Shown one piece after another: positions 57,248-64,000 of a stretch of 64,000 nt of DNA; the stretch's first letter is position 1; each line of letters begins with the position of its first letter. Source of the DNA: Tubiluchus corallicola (taxonomy: Eukaryota; Animalia; Priapulida); assembly GCA_030141605.1 (NCBI GenBank), contig JAQGDQ010000315.1, forward strand, positions 62,001 to 126,000. The letters are read 5' to 3'. The notes beneath the pieces were generated by a model. It saw nothing but the letters and a program-made list of their open reading frames with translations, ran no database searches and had not been told where the DNA came from. Made by a program: the position numbers and the translations under genes.

Positions 57248-59510
57248 TCATCGAATAGCAAAATTGAGCATAGATATTGACTGGTCGAGCGCAACGTAGA
57301 GATAGCTGGGATCCGCGACTAGAGAATACACGGGACTATTGCAGCCGCTTACGTAATACATCTGTAAGTGTAAGAAAATGAAACAATATTCAAAATGATC
57401 TTCTTTTTAAATGATAACATTATAAACAATGGTAATAATCAAAACGACCAAAGCGATCTGACTATGTCGCAGGTGCCTCTGTTAGCATAGTTGCTCAGAA
57501 GACAGGTCTGGGTTCAAGTCTTGGTGTAGGTGCAAAACTTATTCGTATTGCGTTTGTGCGTTTATTAGATTGATCTTGTACCATGTTTTGATACAGTGCA
57601 AACTGTGATTCCCCCGTTGATAAGCCTCTAGTAGCTTTTAGAGTAAATTTCCAAGTCTGAAAAGTCACTGTGCTTCTGTAGCGTAGGAGCCAGCACAGCT
57701 GTCTAGAAAGCAGAAGGCCTAGGTTCGATTCTTAGTGGAGATGCAAAATTTTTTTAGACGTTATAATTTAGTATTGTTGTTGTGTATTTAATAGACTGTA
57801 TCACCCAGAAATCTGCAGGTCGTTTCTCCTACTTCTGTTACCCAAGGTAATTGGGGACAATCTGGAGTTAGAAAATGAGATGAAAATTTTATTGATCTCA
57901 ACATTTCACAATTTGATTCATAGATGAATCCTCATTAGAAGTACTTATGCACCTGCAGAACAAAAATTTGTGATGATTTAACTTAATATTTTTAAGTTAG
58001 AATTATTAGAATTACCGCTAGTTAAACCATTTGCTAAGAAGAGTAATACAGTACATTGCATGTAGCAAGTACGTGCTACTGTACGGTGCAGTGTCTCACT
58101 TTTTTAGTAATCAACTTCAAATTAGTCACAACAGTTTTTCACACAGTGGCCACACTTCGAAGTAAACAAATCACCATTAAGTTCAATGAACAAATTTCAT
58201 TTCACCCGAAAGACTTTAAGGAAACAGGAAACAGTCAAAACCCAAATAATTCTGCCAATGACCCAGGGCCGAACTGTGGCCTTCTAGAAGGTTAGTGAAA
58301 CTATAGGCATCAATATTTTTTACTTTTAATATATTTTAGTGACATTTACACAGCTTGAAGTAAACTTAATGCAAATTCTTTAAATAAACTAAAACAGCGA
58401 TATTTTGTTTATGGGTAAAAATATTCTTTAAGAAATACTACTGTTTTACTATTTATCACAAACCAAATTAGCACATACTACTTCAACACAACTGTAGAGA
58501 AAAACAGGTAGATTTGCCCCCCAAAGTTTGAAGGGTCCTGGTTGCAGGCTATACTACTTTACAGGATAAAATGAACATATTATCCTGCCAGCAACACATA
58601 TGTAAATTTATTATGAACTAAAGCAATCAAATCAGTATATTACACTAAATCAAAATTATATAACATAAAATACATTGAAATGTACCTGTACAGAATGGCG
58701 AATGCGTTTATCCCATAATCTGACGAGAGCATGTCTCGCCGTACCACTGACTATGCCATTATAACCATCACTTGCTATACAATACACAACAGTGTCATGT
58801 GGATCTTCTAATGTCAGCTCACTGCACATAAAAAACAGTAAAAATTGTTTAGATTAATTTTGGTAGCTTACTTGACATAGTTTGGCTCCTTGTGCAACAT
58901 GTGCACGCTCGACAAATGGAAAAAGACGAACAGCTTGCTGGGTTGAATTTTTAACAGCACAAATTTTCATAGTTGCATTCCAGCAAAACGCAGTCTTTCA
59001 TTTGAAACTAAGTTCAAATACTCGACAATTAAAATTATCTGTCAACGGATATCAACGTTAATCGAAATGAAAAACTAAAACGTCAAATATCAGGTTTAAG
59101 AAACGAGTGTACCATTTGTAAAATTGACTGCTTTTTTGAGTTTTAAAGTGATAAATGAAGATATTTACGAAGCAACAAATTTCAAAATGATGTGATAAAT
59201 AACGAAAACTGTGATGATTTAAGTGCCTGTTATGCATAAACAAATTCACGAACAGCCCATGCCTGGGCATAACAATTGGAAAAAGCTGACAGACTACAGA
59301 AAGTTCTTTGCACAAGTTTTACAGTAGACTAAGCACAGAAAATCAATAACATCATATTAAGATGCTTACCAAGCATTCGTCCTCATATCCCATAAACGAA
59401 TACACGTGTCATAACCACAGCATAATAGTGTATATGGATCCTCATATAAGATATCTAATATACCAGCTCCATGACGGTATGTCTTACCAAGTGAACACAG
59501 TAACAAACCC
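57248..59510 (-). CDS. FBXW4: FBXW4/dactylin-like F-box/WD40 protein, last three exons; the 5' part lies beyond the window
   Basis: Exons 59510-59370 (GLLLCSLGKTYRHGAGILDILYEDPYTLLCCGYDTCIRLWDMRTNAC), 58821-58686 (ELTLEDPHDTVVYCIASDGYNGIVSGTARHALVRLWDKRIRHSVQ) and 57361-57248 (MYYVSGCNSPVYSLVADPSYLYVALDQSISMLNFAIR*) are GT-AG and in phase; they match FBXW4 motifs GAGVLD..E.P.TLLSCGYDT, EPHDSTLYC..DGN, VRLWDRR, SPVYCL. Confidence 0.9.
57672..57742 (+). pseudogene. tRNA-like pseudogene or SINE head; a more decayed copy lies at about 57475-57532
   Basis: A-box-like TAGCGTAGG, loop CTAGAAA, T-arm CTAGG-TTCGATT-CTTAG; acceptor stem pairs poorly. Confidence 0.5.
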
Positions 59511-60335
59511 CTGCCAGACAAAGCAAATTTTCAATGAATGTTAAATTGATTTTAATGTAAAAAGAAACGGCAAAATAGAAGCAAAAGCTTTTACAAAAAT
59601 AAGAAAATAACACAGCTTCGGGGAACAGCAGAAGTGTAATGATCTAGTTTCAGTAGTTTAGATGCCACTGAAGAAACTTCTGCACTTTAAAATTGCACTT
59701 CTTAACCAACATGTTACTTCATTGATTTTGTTCTCAAAATACCTTCCAATTTGAATAGTTTTACATATACAAATAAGCTTTATGAGCTAGGATACAAGCT
59801 ATTATTTCCATGTGATTAAAATATGTACAGTTGACGCTAAGCAAAGTTTTAGGTAAGTATGTAAGTAACACAGATGAGGGTCCTGCATTTTAAATTAAAA
59901 TATTTTTTTATAGCATAGATTAAACCATTTGGAATTTAACCTCACGCCATATGCATAAATTAACAAGTGTGTTCTTTATTTCTTTATCAAACTGGCTATT
60001 ATCTGCCCTGGTATTATTATAATTTCCTTTTGCTAGTATTTGTTATTCTGCTGCATCATTCGCAGTGTAAACTGTCTGCAGACAAACTATGTCATACAAT
60101 TATTGTCAACTAAGCATTAACAATGTCCATAATGGACAATACATATTCGTGCTCATTATGTTTACTTTGATGAGAAATAATCAAAGGACATTGGTAGCAG
60201 GTAAAAAAAGAAAGCCAATCGCTAATTCAGTGAAATATAGATCTGTACATGTATGAAAGTGTTTATGTGATGATCCGTGTTGTTTAATAAAAACAATCTA
60301 ATACAAAGAAAACTTTGCGAAGGAAGACCGGGGAA

Positions 60336-61763
60336 ATGAGAGCTACCTTGTTATCATTAAATGTTCTTTTGATCAACTTTATTTCTTTTAAATATGGAAA
60401 TGCAGTCAATAAATTTTCTTCACTAAACAGCAGTCAATGCGACATACAGAGAATGACAGCAGAAAATGAAACGAATGAAACAACATACACAGTGTTCCAG
60501 AAAAAGTACGACTTTTGGGAAAATGAAATACATCTCCGAGTTGGTGTATGGATAGAAGATGAGCAGTTTGCCAAACCTCTTTTGCCAATGCTTGATTTAA
60601 TGAGTAGCAGCCTAAACTTCACGTACACACTTCAAAACTACTCAGTTTCTGAAATGAATTATACAAGAGCTGCAGATTTAAATAAAATCGATCTGTTATT
60701 GGTACAAATGTACTGGACAAAACTTCGCAAAGAATCACTGACATTTCTCCATCCACTCTATCATTCTCCACTTGGTTTTCTTGTTAGAAGGCCAAACGAA
60801 CATGATGTAGGTGTAAGTCTTTTGTCACCATTCAGTGGAACAATTTGGGTGTGTTTGTTTGGGACCAGTATTATTGCTGGTTATCTTATATACAAACAAG
60901 AGGTCACAGTGTCAAAAATCACAACATCACCTGCTGAATCTTACAGTGCAAACCAACCAGGTGTAAATTACTATATTGCTTACTCACTGGCTTCGTTCAT
61001 ACAGAAAGACGGGACATTTTTGCCAAAGAGCACATCAGCAAGAACATTATTGGCATGTTGGTGGTTATTCGCATTGGCAATTACAGCTGTCTACACTGGC
61101 ACACTAGTCAGCATACTGTCACTAAGCACTCCAATATACCCCTTCACTTCTCTGGATAGTCTCACCAAAAGCTCCATAACTCCTGCCACTATAGATTACT
61201 GGTCTGACACTGAACTGCTCAGAAGCGGCAAATCTGATGATCCATATGGCAAACTTTGGACAAAGGTGCTTAAAGACAACAGAGTGCCTGTAAAGTCTGG
61301 AGAAAAAGCCTTAGAACTAACAGCGACAGGCAAGTACACGTTCATGGGTCCAGAGGTGGAATTAAAATTGTTTTTAAAAGACGACTACACAAAGTATGGT
61401 GTATGTCGGTTTTCTTTGGCACCGTTCACAGATTTAGTCAGATTTGCCTCGCTGACAGTACCAAAAGGCAGCAAATACGCAAGCATGTTAAACTATGGTC
61501 TTGCACAAATCAAAGATGCTGGTATGAACACGAAACTATTGGAAAAAGTGCTTAGTCCAGGCAGTGAAAACCCATGCCTGGTACCACCATCTCAGTCAGT
61601 AGCTGCAAGAGAACTGGATTTGGAAGAGTTGCAGACAGCTTTCTTCATGTTAGTGTTTGGTTTAATCTTCTCACTTGCTACATTCATGGTAGAATATTAC
61701 CTGCCAAATTCTTTAAGTTTAAAGTTGGCAAAAACATACAAACGACAACATGCCTGGCAATGA
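60336..61763 (+). CDS. Intronless divergent ionotropic receptor (iGluR-related chemoreceptor), 475 aa
   Basis: Signal-peptide-like start; S1 (…TKLRKESLTFLHPLY); M1 LLSPFSGTIWVCL; pore region; M3 SARTLLACWWLFALAITAVYTGTLVSILS; S2; M4 LDLEELQTAFFMLVFGL; no ATD. Confidence 0.9.
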   Translation: MRATLLSLNVLLINFISFKYGNAVNKFSSLNSSQCDIQRMTAENETNETTYTVFQKKYDFWENEIHLRVGVWIEDEQFAKPLLPMLDLMSSSLNFTYTLQNYSVSEMNYTRAADLNKIDLLLVQMYWTKLRKESLTFLHPLYHSPLGFLVRRPNEHDVGVSLLSPFSGTIWVCLFGTSIIAGYLIYKQEVTVSKITTSPAESYSANQPGVNYYIAYSLASFIQKDGTFLPKSTSARTLLACWWLFALAITAVYTGTLVSILSLSTPIYPFTSLDSLTKSSITPATIDYWSDTELLRSGKSDDPYGKLWTKVLKDNRVPVKSGEKALELTATGKYTFMGPEVELKLFLKDDYTKYGVCRFSLAPFTDLVRFASLTVPKGSKYASMLNYGLAQIKDAGMNTKLLEKVLSPGSENPCLVPPSQSVAARELDLEELQTAFFMLVFGLIFSLATFMVEYYLPNSLSLKLAKTYKRQHAWQ

Positions 61764-63790
61764 AATACTGCAGTGCACAACTCCATATAGTCTAATCTAG
61801 TGTTGCCTCCTCCACAAATGCTTAGCAAATGTTTCAAAACATTTATCATTTCTCTGTACCGATCACATCAGTTTACATCTTAATTACGAAATACTACTAA
61901 AGCCCACTGTAACTCACACTAACTATTAGTAATATGTTGTTTTTTCCTAATTACCAATTCTAGTGGCCTAAAATAAGCTAGTTTCTTTCGTCTCTAGTGC
62001 AGAATTCATGAATTATATCCTAATTTTATTATACAAACAAAAAATTGATCATCAATGTACTTATAAGTATTTGTCTATTGCAAAATAAATGTATTGAATT
62101 GAATTGAAATTGAAAACAAGCTGTGATACAGGTGAATTTATGTGTCAATTGCAATTAAATGTTTTTGCAAATTTATTGCAATTTTAGAGCTGAGAACATC
62201 ATACAGGCTCTTGACCATGGTAATTTACAGAACTACTGGGTGAATTGCATTCATATGTTTAAGTAAATTAACATCTTTTGTTGACACGAAAATAGTTGAC
62301 AAGCAGTTATCAGGCAAGGCACTTGATACCATAGTGACAGATTGACAACTAGAACCGAATTGGACACTAGACCATCTTGTGCCGTACAACCTTCCTAGTG
62401 GTGAAGAGAATTCAAGTTAGGATGGAAGTGCATGGTATAACTTCTGACCACGAGTAGGAAGTTCGTCTATTGCAGTGACATGATATGTAGCACGAATTGA
62501 CTGAAGATAATTATTTTAACAATGCGGAATGTTAAAGTTACTGCAAATAAGTTAACTTAGCAGTGGATACTCAAACGGTGCTTGGACTCATAGATATTAT
62601 GGATTCATGTATCTGATGTCAGTTTCATTGAATCGTATACTCAATCCATTAATTTGCTGGCAATATTCCCAAGAGAGTTTGGAGGCCAAATACAACAGAA
62701 AGAAAATGCCCAAACTAAGATTTTCTGAATATTTCTTGGTGATTTATATGAGAGGAAATCTAGTGGGAAGGTGTCATTTCCGCAGAAAGTTTGGAACTTG
62801 ATTTTATGTGTTTTACTTATTAGATGAAGCCAGGAACTCCTTAGTCCTTCGTTACGGCAGCATATAAATTTGGTTATCACGTGTTACATTTCTGTTTACA
62901 AAACTCCGCGTCAAAGAAACGACGCGATATCCAAGGAGGCCCGTTGCTAGTGCATTTGTTTAGCCTGCAATATTCCGAAGTTTCACCGGCAAAATTGAAC
63001 AAAATGTTTTGGAGAAAAACGTAACATCACCTGTTGGATTTCATTATGAAAGAGCCGTGAAATTTAATAGTATTAGTTCAAATTTTAAGTTACGGTTTGT
63101 TCTTTTAGTTAAAGAAAACTTGTTTTACGTTAAATTTAATCTTTAATGATGGTTACTACTTTCGTGGAATGACAAGAAATAATTTCAAAGCACTACAACA
63201 ATTAATTGAAAGGAAGAGTGAAGGCTCTCAGAAAAGTGAGCTCATTTTAACATATGACAAAAATGTTAGAGAGTTCCAGTAATAAAATTGTGTGTAAAAG
63301 CTCCTCGTGTAATTAATAAAATCAATCTAAAGTCGCGATCACATCAAGCTTGGGCGCACTCATTTTGAATGAAAAATGACATCATCTGGTTTCTGCGCAA
63401 TATATAAATTTATCCCGCCAGGTGCTTCAGCAAGCTTTTCTGCAGCTGTAATTACTGTTATCAACTAGAAACAACCCAAAATGTTAAACAAGAGATTATT
63501 AGCACTATTTTTTGGTTTATGATGAATCCAGTTACAAACTATGTAATGAAAACCACTTACCAGCGATAATATAAACACCCCAACTCGGCTAGTTAGCGCC
63601 AACAAAGTAACAGAACAATGAACAATTATTTTAACTAGCTAAAAATAAAGTCAATAAGGTAAGTAAACAGCCCAATACCTCCGTCTGCTCGGAGCCTTGC
63701 AGAACTCCATACTCATCTGCAATTTTGAGGCATAATCTTGCGGATTAAAGCTGTGTAAGTACTTTAGATTGTATGTAACTAATTATTACA

Positions 63791-63910
63791 AACTACGGCC
63801 AAATCACGTTGAAAACACCAGTTCTCATCTGATCACCGAAGTTAAGCAATATAGAGCCTGGTTAGTACTTGGATGGGTGACCGCCTGGCGATACCAGGTG
63901 CTGTAGGCTT
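63791..63910 (+). rRNA. 5S rRNA-derived copy (pseudogene or head of a 5S-derived SINE)
   Basis: 120 nt matching animal 5S (GATCACCGAAGTTAAGC, GTTAGTACTTGGATGGGTGACCGCCTGG, GGTGCTGTAGGCTT) with CpG-type transitions; no T-run terminator. Confidence 0.85.
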
Positions 63911-64000
63911 GCGGGATGCCCACACTGTATCTCGACAATAGGCGGAGGAGCTGCACAAGCAGCCAACGGCTAGAGGGCGGAGGAGGTCAACTAACCCAAC

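Noticed and set aside
57672-57742. Functional tRNA-Ser(AGA)
   Set aside because: Acceptor and D stems pair poorly, the long variable arm of tRNA-Ser is missing, and a decayed twin lies nearby; treated as a SINE head or pseudogene
63370-63450. Minus-strand …GGINLYIAQKPDD… resembling FBXW4 LYISQ
   Set aside because: Similarity is too short, and the intervening FBXW4 exons are not present between it and 59510

Overview
AT-rich animal genomic DNA, probably a protostome invertebrate because it carries an intronless ionotropic receptor (IR). I assembled exons by hand from splice sites, reading phase and recognisable protein motifs. Four host genes result. (1) A complete 9-coding-exon MAPKAP1/SIN1 gene on the minus strand (CDS 15132->3201, 519 aa). 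(2) Head-to-head with it, a complete Pbx/extradenticle TALE homeobox gene on the plus strand (CDS 19885->53799, about 491 aa). (3) The last three exons of an FBXW4/dactylin-like WD40 gene on the minus strand (59510->57248). (4) An intronless divergent IR (60336-61763, +) that appears to lie antisense inside an FBXW4 intron. Pbx intron 2 holds an intact 7.7-kb Gmr1-type Gypsy LTR retrotransposon (integrase before RT, tRNA-Leu PBS, 5-bp TSD, mosaic LTRs) and a 5'-truncated CR1/L2-group LINE. Many MITEs, LINE remnants, minisatellites and a 5S-rRNA-derived copy (likely a SINE head) fill the rest. The most striking observation is in Pbx: the exon encoding homeodomain recognition helix 3 is tandemly duplicated (47941-47998 and 48060-48201). 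The extra copy differs mostly at synonymous sites, carries S46C and Y56H, and lacks the post-homeodomain helix 4. Nested long-range complementary segments bracket the exon pair. This suggests an RNA-structure-controlled, mutually exclusive splicing switch that could toggle Hox-cofactor activity. All homology calls are from recognition of motifs, not database searches.
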